This document shows positions 8,954 through 19,680 of a DNA stretch of 64,000 bases, in pieces. The position numbers and the translations under genes are program-made. Position 1 is the first letter of the stretch. Each line of letters begins with the position of its first letter. Origin of the DNA: Burkholderiaceae bacterium. GTDB taxonomy: Bacteria; Pseudomonadota; Gammaproteobacteria; Burkholderiales; Burkholderiaceae. Where the stretch lies: the NCBI GenBank assembly GCA_947452535.1, contig CANGCM010000002.1, forward strand, positions 41,548-105,547, written 5' to 3'. The notes under the pieces are model-generated. The model worked only from the letters and a program-made list of their open reading frames with translations, searched no databases and was not told the origin of the DNA.

Positions 8954-10201
8954 ATGGCAAAAGCATTAGACGGGGTGAAAATCCTCGACTTTACTCATGT
9001 TCAATCGGGGCCAACTTGTACTCAGTTACTCGCATGGTTTGGTGCCGATGTCATCAAGGTGGAAAAATCCGGTGAGGGTGATGCAACGCGTGGTCAATTG
9101 CGTGATATTCCTGATGCGGATAGCTTGTATTTCACAATGTTGAACCATAACAAGCGTTCGATTACCGTCAATACCAAAACGCCTCGTGGCAAAGAAATTC
9201 TAGAGCGCCTGATTAAAGAATGTGATGTTTTGGTTGAGAATTTTGCCCCTGGAGCATTGGATCGCATGGGTTTCTCTTGGGAGCGTATTCAAGAGCTCAA
9301 TCCTATGATGATTATGGCTTCGGTTAAAGGTTTTGGCCCCGGCCCTTATGAAGATTGCAAGGTTTATGAAAACGTTGCGCAGTGTGCGGGCGGTTCGGCA
9401 TCTACTACTGGTTTTGATGACGGCCCTCCTATGGTGACTGGTGCGCAAATTGGGGATAGTGGTACTGGTCTGCATTTGGCATTAGGGATCGTCACAGCGC
9501 TATATCAGCGTACACACTCTGGCCGTGGCCAAAAGGTATTGGCAGCCATGCAAGATTCGGTCTTGAACTTATGTCGCGTGAAGTTGCGCGATCAGCAACG
9601 CTTAGAGCGCGTTGGCTTGATGCAAGAGTATCCGCAGTTCCCAAATGGTGAATTTGGCGACTCTGTACCCCGTGCTGGCAATGCCTCTGGCGGCGGTCAG
9701 CCTGGTTGGATTGTGAAATGTAAAGGCTGGGAAACAGATCCAAATTCCTATATGTACGTCATCATTCAAGCTCCAGTTTGGGAGGCGGTTTGCAAAGTGA
9801 TCAGTCGTGAAGATTGGATTACGGATGTGCGTTTTGCATCACCAATGGCCCGCTTGCCACACCTCATGGAAATTTTTGGTGAAATTGAAAAATGGACTAT
9901 GACTAAGACAAAGTTTGAGGTGATGGATATTTTGAATAAATACGATATCCCATGTGGCCCGATTTTATCGATGAAAGAGATTGCGGAAGAGCCAGCATTA
10001 CGTGCTACCGGAACGGTCGTTGAAGTAGATCATCCGATTCGCGGCAAGTACCTTACCGTTGGTAACCCAATCAAGATGTCTGATAGTCCAACCGATGTCA
10101 CTCGCTCCCCATTGCTTGGTGAGCATACCGATGAGATTCTCAGTGAGCTTGGTTTTACTACTGATGAATTAATTTCTCTTCGTCATGATAAGGTGATCTA
10201 A
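8954..10201 (+). CDS. frc: Formyl-CoA transferase (family III), paralog 2
   Basis: [40 protein letters not shown]. Confidence 0.93.
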   Translation: MAKALDGVKILDFTHVQSGPTCTQLLAWFGADVIKVEKSGEGDATRGQLRDIPDADSLYFTMLNHNKRSITVNTKTPRGKEILERLIKECDVLVENFAPGALDRMGFSWERIQELNPMMIMASVKGFGPGPYEDCKVYENVAQCAGGSASTTGFDDGPPMVTGAQIGDSGTGLHLALGIVTALYQRTHSGRGQKVLAAMQDSVLNLCRVKLRDQQRLERVGLMQEYPQFPNGEFGDSVPRAGNASGGGQPGWIVKCKGWETDPNSYMYVIIQAPVWEAVCKVISREDWITDVRFASPMARLPHLMEIFGEIEKWTMTKTKFEVMDILNKYDIPCGPILSMKEIAEEPALRATGTVVEVDHPIRGKYLTVGNPIKMSDSPTDVTRSPLLGEHTDEILSELGFTTDELISLRHDKVI

Positions 10202-10202
10202 G

Positions 10203-11135
10203 ATGCGGATTGCGTTGATTGGTAGTGCAGATTTTGGAAAAGCGGCCTTAGAAGCCTTTTTAGATCGTGGCGATGAAGTAGTTGCCGTCTTTTGTCCGCC
10301 TGATAACCCGAAATCAACTAAGCCTGAGGTACTGAAGGAGGTTGCTATTGCAAGGGGTCTAGCCCCATTGCAATTTTCTTCCCTCAAAGGTCCTGAAGCG
10401 GCCCAAGCGATGATTGATAGTAAGGCCGATATCTGTGTCATGGCCTATGTACTGCAATTTGTACCGCAAGAGCTGTGTAAGATTCCAAAGCATGGCACGA
10501 TTCAGTATCACCCTTCTTTATTGCCGAAGTATCGTGGCCCTAGTGCGATTAATTGGGCGATTGCCTTAGGTGAAGAGAAGACCGGTTTAACGATCTTCCG
10601 ACCATCTGATGGTTTGGATGAGGGTGAAATCATTTTGCAAAAAGAAGTCGCTATTGCACCTGATGACACTCTAGGTAAAGTCTACTTTGACCACTTGTTC
10701 CCGCTGGGTGTCAAAGCCTTGCTTGAAGCTGCTGATCTAGTGGCTGCCAACAAACATCAAGAGCTTGTACAAGATGAGTCACAGGCAAACTATGAAGGCT
10801 GGTTTGGAGTTGATGCTGCCCGAATTCATTGGACAACCCATATTAATCAAATCTACAACTTAATTCGAGCATCCAATCCTGCGCCTGGTGCGTGGACCAA
10901 GATTGGTGAACAGAAGGTGCAGATCTACGATTGTCGTAAGCATATAGCTGCCACTTTTGGTTCTGTAAAAGGTAAGCCTGGAGAAATCACCCAAATTACT
11001 TCGAGCTCATTTTTTGTTGCCTGCCATGGTGGACAAATCGAAGTCCTCAAAGCCAAGGGTGTTGCAGGAAAAGTACCCGGTGCCGAGTTGGCTAAGGAGA
11101 TGAATCTAGAAGTAGGTCAGTTTTTTACGCTATAA
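10203..11135 (+). CDS. Formyltransferase-fold protein (Fmt / 10-formyl-THF dehydrogenase N-terminal-domain-like)
   Basis: HGTIQYHPSLLPKYRGPSAINW, DGLDEGEIILQKE, PDDT, PAPGAWT. Starts 1 nt after the frc-2 stop. Confidence 0.85.
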   Translation: MRIALIGSADFGKAALEAFLDRGDEVVAVFCPPDNPKSTKPEVLKEVAIARGLAPLQFSSLKGPEAAQAMIDSKADICVMAYVLQFVPQELCKIPKHGTIQYHPSLLPKYRGPSAINWAIALGEEKTGLTIFRPSDGLDEGEIILQKEVAIAPDDTLGKVYFDHLFPLGVKALLEAADLVAANKHQELVQDESQANYEGWFGVDAARIHWTTHINQIYNLIRASNPAPGAWTKIGEQKVQIYDCRKHIAATFGSVKGKPGEITQITSSSFFVACHGGQIEVLKAKGVAGKVPGAELAKEMNLEVGQFFTL

Positions 11136-11308
11136 AGAACTGTTCTCAATCGTCTAACTTCTTCATTGTTATCTGGTGACAATGCGAAGTTTTGTTCGGT
11201 AACAAACATAAAATCAATTTTATTTTTTAAAAAGGTAATAACTTACAAATACAAAATTTAGTTTCGATTTCCCTAGGTGAATACCCCTTCAGGGAATATG
11301 ATTATTAA

Positions 11309-11650
11309 ATGTCTGAACATTATGTTAAATACCTGCATTTCTCTAGCTCTATCAGGAAGATAAACAAGCGCTATAAGTTGACCGAGCACAAACAGGTTAT
11401 GGTGCTTGAGGAAGTCCTTACCGCCCACGCGGAGAGCGTCACCCTTTCTGTCTTAGATCTCATACTGCTAAAAGAGATTGCCTCCCAAGCAACTCTATAT
11501 TCAATTACAAAGCGACTAATAGATTTAAAACTGATTAAGACGAAAGTCTGCAAAGTAGATGGGCGGCGTAAATACATACTCCCAACGAAGCTAGGGATGT
11601 CTTGGTTGAATGATTGCTCAGAGCTGTTGGCCTCAACTACTAAAAAATGA
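11309..11650 (+). CDS. Winged-helix (MarR-like) DNA-binding protein
   Basis: SQATLYSITKRLIDLKLI followed by wing motif DGRRKYILPTKLG. Confidence 0.65.
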   Translation: MSEHYVKYLHFSSSIRKINKRYKLTEHKQVMVLEEVLTAHAESVTLSVLDLILLKEIASQATLYSITKRLIDLKLIKTKVCKVDGRRKYILPTKLGMSWLNDCSELLASTTKK

Positions 11651-11958
11651 TTTATTCCGCATGTAGAGGTGTGCTGTTGATTTCTTTGGGATTGCTATCC
11701 ATGTCGACACTAACCTACGCTCAACTCACTAAAGAAGATAGGGTGATTTGTTATAAATCAGCCATCAAGGAACCCCTCACTTTTTATGGCAACCCAATGG
11801 ATGCCTTTACCCTATATGACGGTAGTAAATGGAAGGTTGCCGATGGAGGCCCTGTTGAATTTATACCCTTGCGCTATCGCAATGTAATAGTTTGCCCAAC
11901 TGAACAACTTCTGATTATTGATAAGAGGGCGTTATTAGTTGAGAAGATGAGAATCTAA
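11647..11958 (+). CDS. Hypothetical protein with probable signal peptide
   Basis: ATGA overlap with the upstream gene, hydrophobic N-terminus ending TYA, two Cys in the mature part. Confidence 0.55.
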   Translation: MIYSACRGVLLISLGLLSMSTLTYAQLTKEDRVICYKSAIKEPLTFYGNPMDAFTLYDGSKWKVADGGPVEFIPLRYRNVIVCPTEQLLIIDKRALLVEKMRI

Positions 11959-12014
11959 AGCCATTCTTCTTTTCTTGAGCCCCATAGCGCCTAAGGCGCA
12001 TTGAAATCTTGTAG

Positions 12015-13724
<1,710 letters not shown>

Positions 13725-13732
<8 letters not shown>

Positions 13733-13913
13733 TTGAATAAACGTAAGCGCGTTGCTTTAATTTGGCAGCTTTGGCACGTCGCTGATCTTCAGTGCTCAAA
13801 GGCTCTTGATCCCACAGGAGCGCACGACCCGCTTGCTGACCTGCTTCGAGGTCTGGTTTCTCAGATTTGAGCTCATCTAAAAACTGGGTGAATTCAGAGG
13901 TATATCTAGCCAT
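13725..13913 (-). CDS. DUF3460-family small protein
   Basis: Y.SEFTQFL..LK...P.LE..Q..GRALLWD pattern, in the usual position upstream of scpA in Burkholderiales. ATG at 13913. Confidence 0.8.
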
Positions 13914-14061
13914 CACATTTCCTAAAAATCTCAATTAATTCAATAACTTAAAAAATAACTTGGCGATAACTCTCTGCCTAGCCCATCATTATTAACGATT
14001 TTCCCTACAAACCCGTCGACTTTTTGGCTAAGTCCTGAAAAATCCCCTTATAGAGATATTT

Positions 14062-15732
14062 TTAGAGGTTTGCAGCCAATAAGACCTCAATTTGAGGCGC
14101 TTCGACCCGAGTCATGAGGTGTTTATAGGGTTTGATCGGATTTTGGCTGGAGAGGGGCGCTTTAACGTCATTCCAGGTTAGGGCTGGCACGGAGAGGAAG
14201 TCCTCGACACCAGCCGTTACCTTGGGTAGCACTGGTTTGAGATAGAGGCTTAGCAAACGGAATCCTTCTAATGTCACGCTACATACCTTTTGTAGATCTG
14301 CTTCACGCTCTGGATCTTTAGCAATTTCCCAAGGCTTGTTTTCATCTACGAAGCTATTTAACTTATCAGCCATTTCCATGATGGTGCGCAATGCTTTTGC
14401 ATACTCGCGTCCTTCATAGAGCTCGGCAATTTTTTCACTAGCCGAAGTAATGTCAGTCAGTAGTGGATTATTCATGGCTTCATCGGAAACAATGCCGCCG
14501 AAACGTTTCACTAAGAAGCCGGCACTACGGCTGGCAATATTGATATATTTGCCCAATAGGTCGCTGTTGACTCTGGCAACAAAGTCTTGAAGATTAAGAT
14601 CTAAATCCTCCATACTGTCATTGAGCTTGGTTGCAAAGTAATAACGGAACCATTCTGGATTAAAGCCAGACTCAATGACGCTGTGCGCAGAAATTAAGGT
14701 TCCACGTGACTTACTCATCTTCTCGCCATCGACTGTGAGGAAGCCGTGAGCAAAGACATTGGTTGGTGTGCGATAGCCTGCAAAGTGCAGCGTTGCCGGC
14801 CAAAAGAGTGTGTGGAAATACAGAATATCTTTACCAATGAAGTGATACTGCTCGGTAGTCGTATCTGGCCTGACCCACTCCTCAAAGTTCAGTCCTTTAC
14901 TCTGGCAGTAGTTGAGGAAGCTGGCGTAATAGCCAATTGGGGCATCAAGCCAGACGTAGAAATATTTGCCAGGAGCATCTGGGATTTCAAAGCCAAAGTA
15001 GGGTGCGTCACGCGAGATATCCCAGTCACCAAGCTTGCTCTCTCCGGGCTGTCCAACCCATTCCTTCATCTTGTTACGGGCTTCGGGTTGTAGTGGTGTT
15101 CTGACTTGAGTCCAGTCGCGCAAAAATGTTTCACAGCGAGGATCAGATAGCTTAAAGAAGTAATGATCAGAAACTTTGGTAATTGGTGTTGCACCGCTCA
15201 CCACTGAGAAAGGATTTTTTAAATCCGTTGGTGAATAGGTTGCCCCGCACTTTTCGCAAGAGTCACCATATTGATCTTTAGCGCCACATTTAGGGCACTC
15301 GCCTTTAATGAATCGATCTGGCAAGAACATTTCCTTCACAGGATCGTAAGCTTGCTCAATCGCACGTTTTTCAATCAGACCCGCATCTCTTAGCTTAAGG
15401 TAGACGCTTTGAGAGAGTGTTTCGTTCTCAGGGCTATCAGTGGTGTAGTAGTTGTCGAAAGAAATCAAGAAGTCATCGAAATCGCGCTTATGCTCTTTCC
15501 AGACATTCGCAATCAGTTCCTTGGGGGTGAGCCCCTCTTTTTCAGCGCGCAGCATGATGGGTGTGCCATGAGTATCATCAGCGCCAACATAATGCACTTC
15601 ATGACCACGCATTCTTTGGAAGCGGACCCAAATATCGGTCTGGACATATTCCACCAAGTGACCGATGTGAATCTGGCCATTGGCGTAAGGCAATGCGGAG
15701 GTAACTAGCAGGCGACGTTTGGGGCTACTCAT
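14062..15732 (-). CDS. metG: Methionine--tRNA ligase (lacks the C-terminal tRNA-binding domain)
   Basis: [13 protein letters not shown], zinc knuckle CPKC/CEKC, KMSKS. About 556 aa from ATG 15732. Confidence 0.96.
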   Translation of the reverse strand: MSSPKRRLLVTSALPYANGQIHIGHLVEYVQTDIWVRFQRMRGHEVHYVGADDTHGTPIMLRAEKEGLTPKELIANVWKEHKRDFDDFLISFDNYYTTDSPENETLSQSVYLKLRDAGLIEKRAIEQAYDPVKEMFLPDRFIKGECPKCGAKDQYGDSCEKCGATYSPTDLKNPFSVVSGATPITKVSDHYFFKLSDPRCETFLRDWTQVRTPLQPEARNKMKEWVGQPGESKLGDWDISRDAPYFGFEIPDAPGKYFYVWLDAPIGYYASFLNYCQSKGLNFEEWVRPDTTTEQYHFIGKDILYFHTLFWPATLHFAGYRTPTNVFAHGFLTVDGEKMSKSRGTLISAHSVIESGFNPEWFRYYFATKLNDSMEDLDLNLQDFVARVNSDLLGKYINIASRSAGFLVKRFGGIVSDEAMNNPLLTDITSASEKIAELYEGREYAKALRTIMEMADKLNSFVDENKPWEIAKDPEREADLQKVCSVTLEGFRLLSLYLKPVLPKVTAGVEDFLSVPALTWNDVKAPLSSQNPIKPYKHLMTRVEAPQIEVLLAANL

Positions 15733-15865
15733 GAAAAGCGGACTTAAATAGAAAAATTTCAACCAATGGGAATACCTGATTATGAGGCTTGAAGCCCTGT
15801 TTCAGCACTAATTTTAGTCTGCGGTTAAAGTTAACTCCGATTTGAACCTATTAAAGAGACGTTTT

Positions 15866-16714
15866 ATGGCCTTGCCCCACAATATCCAAATGTCAAATGC
15901 CTCCGTGCCCTTAGTGCACGAAGTGCAGACCATGGATGAGGCGGGACGCATCAAGACCACCCATATTCCTGGGGAGCGCCCCCTCACGATCTACTTGGAT
16001 AAACGCGAAGTGGTTACCTTGATGACCCTAGGTAGTGCTCCGGAGGCTCTGGTGCTTGGTTACCTCCGTAATCAGCGTTTGGTAGAGTCGCCGGACGATA
16101 TTGAGAGTATTCAGGTGGATTGGGATACGGATTCAGCCGCTGTTAAGACCCATCGAAGCACTGTTGATATCGATGCACTCACCAGCAAGCGGGTGGTTAC
16201 CACCGGTTGTGGCCAGGGCACCATGTTTGGTGGTTTGATGGAGGAAATGGCTGAGATCCGACTTTCTGATGGGCCTCAGCTCAGCCAAGAAGCAATCGTC
16301 AGTCTGATTGATAGCATTCGCATTCACGACACAATTTACAAAAAATCGGGCTCAGTTCATGCCTGCGCTGTGTTTGAGCGTGACGGCATGAATCAAGTGC
16401 GCCTGCTGCATTTCATTGAGGATGTGGGCCGACATAACGCGGTTGACTCGATTTCAGGTCTGATGTGGTTGGCTGATAAGCCAGGAAGAGATCTGATTTT
16501 CTTCACTACCGGGCGACTTACCTCGGAGATGGTCATCAAAGGTGCTCAGATGGGGATTCCTTTCCTCATGACCCGCTCCGGCATGACCTTAATGGGCCTG
16601 GAATTAGCCCGCAAAACCAATCTCACCCTCCTAGCCCGCTGTTCTGGGAAGCATTTTGAGATTTTCAATGCCCCAGAGAGGGTCATTTTTAGTTCTTCAA
16701 CTGCCTCCACCTAA
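15866..16714 (+). CDS. fdhD: Formate dehydrogenase accessory sulfurtransferase
   Basis: ERPLTIYLD..EVVTLM, TTGCGQG, GSVHACA, EDVGRHNAVD, TGRLTSEMVIK. Start could be 15842 (TTG) or 15866. Confidence 0.92.
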   Translation: MALPHNIQMSNASVPLVHEVQTMDEAGRIKTTHIPGERPLTIYLDKREVVTLMTLGSAPEALVLGYLRNQRLVESPDDIESIQVDWDTDSAAVKTHRSTVDIDALTSKRVVTTGCGQGTMFGGLMEEMAEIRLSDGPQLSQEAIVSLIDSIRIHDTIYKKSGSVHACAVFERDGMNQVRLLHFIEDVGRHNAVDSISGLMWLADKPGRDLIFFTTGRLTSEMVIKGAQMGIPFLMTRSGMTLMGLELARKTNLTLLARCSGKHFEIFNAPERVIFSSSTAST

Positions 16715-16756
16715 ATTGGGTAGGCGTAGGTCCTGCGATGGTTTTACAATTCGGCC

Positions 16757-17323
16757 ATGACTATTAAATCTGACCACTGGATCCGCCGCATGGGCGAGCA
16801 AGGCATGATCAGCCCATTTGAACCGGGGCAGGTCCGCCAAGATGCTGCCGGGCAAAAAATTGTGAGCTATGGCACTTCAAGCTATGGCTACGACATTCGT
16901 TGCGCTGATGAATTCAAGATCTTCACGAACATCAACAGCACCATTGTCGATCCCAAGAATTTCGATGAGCAATCGTTCGTCGATTTCAAGGGGCCGGTTT
17001 GCATCATTCCCCCAAACTCTTTCGCCTTGGCAAGAACCGTCGAGTACTTCAAGATTCCGCGCAGTGTATTAACGGTCTGCGTCGGTAAGAGCACTTATGC
17101 GCGTTGCGGAATTATTGTGAACGTCACTCCATTTGAGCCTGAGTGGGAAGGTTATGTAACACTCGAGTTTTCTAATACCACTCCCTTGCCTGCGAAAATT
17201 TATGCTGGTGAAGGATGTGCGCAAGTTCTGTTCTTTGAGAGCGATGAAGTATGTGGTACTTCTTACAAAGATCGTGGCGGTAAGTATCAAGGCCAAGTTG
17301 GCGTTACATTGCCAAAGACTTAA
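16757..17323 (+). CDS. dcd: dCTP deaminase
   Basis: [36 protein letters not shown]. Confidence 0.96.
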   Translation: MTIKSDHWIRRMGEQGMISPFEPGQVRQDAAGQKIVSYGTSSYGYDIRCADEFKIFTNINSTIVDPKNFDEQSFVDFKGPVCIIPPNSFALARTVEYFKIPRSVLTVCVGKSTYARCGIIVNVTPFEPEWEGYVTLEFSNTTPLPAKIYAGEGCAQVLFFESDEVCGTSYKDRGGKYQGQVGVTLPKT

Positions 17324-17363
17324 ATCTGTTTAATCGCCACACCGGCGAATTTAAAGGCTACTC

Positions 17364-19631
17364 ATGAAATTTCGTTTTCCAATCATCATTATCGATGAGG
17401 ACTTTCGCTCTGAAAATATTTCAGGTTCGGGTATTCGTGACTTAGCGGAAGCTATTGAAACCGAGGGTATGGAAGTCATTGGCTTGACTAGCTACGGTGA
17501 TCTCACATCCTTTGCCCAGCAAGCCTCCCGCGCCTCTAGCTTTATTGTTTCGATTGACGACGAAGAGTTTGTTTCTGATTCCGAAGATCATGATTTGCCT
17601 GCTTTAAATAACTTACGCGCCTTTATTACTGAGGTTCGTAAGCGTAATGAAGATATTCCGATCTTCCTGTATGGCGAGACGCGTACTTCACGCCATATGC
17701 CGAATGACATCTTGCGAGAGTTGCATGGCTTTATTCATATGAATGAAGATACGCCTGAGTTTGTGGCCCGTCATATTATTCGTGAAGCAAAGGTGTACCT
17801 TGATTCATTAGCACCCCCATTCTTCCGCGCGCTAACCAATTACGCCTCTGAGGGTTCTTACTCATGGCATTGCCCCGGGCACTCGGGTGGCGTTGCTTTT
17901 TTGAAGAGCCCAGTAGGGCGCATGTTCCATCAATTCTTTGGTGAGAATATGCTCCGCGCTGACGTGTGTAATGCGGTGGAGGAGTTAGGTCAGTTGCTGG
18001 ATCACACCGGTCCAGTATTGCAGAGCGAGCGCAATGCGGCACGCATCTTTAATGCGGATCATCTGTTCTTTGTAACAAACGGCACCTCTACATCCAACAA
18101 GATTGTTTGGCACTCCACGGTTGCCCCTGGCGACGTAGTGGTGGTAGACCGTAATTGCCATAAGTCGGTGATTCATTCGATTACCATGATGGGCGCGATT
18201 CCCATCTTCTTGATGCCAACCCGTAATCATCTGGGCATTATTGGCCCGATTCCGAAGGAAGAGTTTGAGTGGAAAAATATCAAGAAAAAGATCGACGCTA
18301 ATCCGTTCATCAAAAATAAGGATGTAGTTCCACGCGTGATGACGCTCACCCAAAGTACTTATGACGGCATCATTTATAACGTGGAGATGATTAAAGAGAT
18401 GCTCGATGGCAAAGTGGACTCATTGCATTTCGATGAAGCTTGGTTACCGCATGCGGCATTCCATCCTTTCTACAAGGATATGCATGCGATCGGCTCAGAT
18501 CGCAAACGTACCAAGAAAAGTTTGATGTTTGCCACTCAATCTACCCATAAGTTATTGGCGGGTTTATCACAAGCTTCTCAAGTATTGGTTCAGGATGCCG
18601 AAGATACCAAGCTGGATCGGGATTGCTTTAATGAAGCCTATCTGATGCACACCTCTACCAGCCCTCAGTACGCCATCATCGCGTCATGCGATGTGTCTGC
18701 TGCCATGATGGAATCTCCTGGTGGTACTACCTTGGTTGAAGAATCGATTGCTGAAGCAATGGACTTCCGTCGTGCGATGCGCGAAGTGGATGATAAGTTT
18801 GGCGCAGACTGGTGGTTTAAGGTTTGGGGCCCAGATCACTTAACCGAAGAAGGTATTGGTGAGCGCTCTGATTGGATGCTGGAACCCAATGCCAACTGGC
18901 ATGACTTTGGCAAGGTTGCTGAAGATTTCAATATGTTGGATCCAATTAAAGCGACTGTTGTAACCCCTGGCTTAGATATTGAGGGGAACTTCGGTTCTAT
19001 GGGTATTCCGGCGAGCATTGTGACTAAGTACTTAGCTGAACACGGCGTGATCGTAGAGAAGTGTGGCCTTTACTCCTTCTTCATCATGTTTACGATTGGT
19101 ATTACTAAGGGTCGTTGGAATACTCTGGTAACCGAGCTGCAACAATTTAAAGATCACTTTGATAAAAATGCCCCTCTCTGGAAAGTATTGCCAGAGTTTG
19201 TTGCTAAACATCCCCGTTATGAGCGCGTTGGCCTCAAAGATGTCTGCCAGCAGATTCATGAGTTTTATAAGGGTCGCAATGTGGCCCGCATGACTACCGA
19301 GATGTACACCTCAGATATGGTGCCAGCAATGATGCCTTCGGAAGCTTGGGCCAAAATGGCACATAAGGAAGTGGACCGCGTTCCTTTAGATCAGTTGGAG
19401 GATCGCATTACTGCAATGCTAGTAACTCCTTATCCTCCAGGCATTCCACTGCTGATTCCAGGCGAGCGCTTCAATAAGCGCATCATTGACTATCTCTACT
19501 TTGCACGCGACTTCAATGCGCAATTTCCGGGCTTTGAAACCGATATTCATGGTCTAGTCAAAGCAGATGTAGATGGGCGTAGCGAGTATTACGTTGATTG
19601 TGTAAGACAAGAGCCGGATATTACTTTGTAG
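17364..19631 (+). CDS. Arginine/lysine/ornithine decarboxylase (PLP, wing-domain type)
   Basis: N-terminal receiver-like wing, PGHSGG, NGTSTSNK, DRNCHKS, HFDEAW, PLP-lysine TQSTHKLL, PYPPGIP. Confidence 0.93.
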   Translation: MKFRFPIIIIDEDFRSENISGSGIRDLAEAIETEGMEVIGLTSYGDLTSFAQQASRASSFIVSIDDEEFVSDSEDHDLPALNNLRAFITEVRKRNEDIPIFLYGETRTSRHMPNDILRELHGFIHMNEDTPEFVARHIIREAKVYLDSLAPPFFRALTNYASEGSYSWHCPGHSGGVAFLKSPVGRMFHQFFGENMLRADVCNAVEELGQLLDHTGPVLQSERNAARIFNADHLFFVTNGTSTSNKIVWHSTVAPGDVVVVDRNCHKSVIHSITMMGAIPIFLMPTRNHLGIIGPIPKEEFEWKNIKKKIDANPFIKNKDVVPRVMTLTQSTYDGIIYNVEMIKEMLDGKVDSLHFDEAWLPHAAFHPFYKDMHAIGSDRKRTKKSLMFATQSTHKLLAGLSQASQVLVQDAEDTKLDRDCFNEAYLMHTSTSPQYAIIASCDVSAAMMESPGGTTLVEESIAEAMDFRRAMREVDDKFGADWWFKVWGPDHLTEEGIGERSDWMLEPNANWHDFGKVAEDFNMLDPIKATVVTPGLDIEGNFGSMGIPASIVTKYLAEHGVIVEKCGLYSFFIMFTIGITKGRWNTLVTELQQFKDHFDKNAPLWKVLPEFVAKHPRYERVGLKDVCQQIHEFYKGRNVARMTTEMYTSDMVPAMMPSEAWAKMAHKEVDRVPLDQLEDRITAMLVTPYPPGIPLLIPGERFNKRIIDYLYFARDFNAQFPGFETDIHGLVKADVDGRSEYYVDCVRQEPDITL

Positions 19632-19647
19632 TGTGCGGCACTAAATG

Positions 19648-19680
19648 CAAAAGCCACCTACGGGTGGCTTTTGTCTTTTT
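19648..19680. terminator. Bidirectional intrinsic terminator
   Basis: CAAAAGCCACC-TACG-GGTGGCTTTTG between convergent genes. Confidence 0.88.

Noticed and set aside
10203-11135. Annotation as housekeeping methionyl-tRNA formyltransferase (fmt)
   Set aside because: No def neighbour, and it lacks the Fmt-type FAGTP N-terminus and RGAAP motif. The context is oxalate catabolism.
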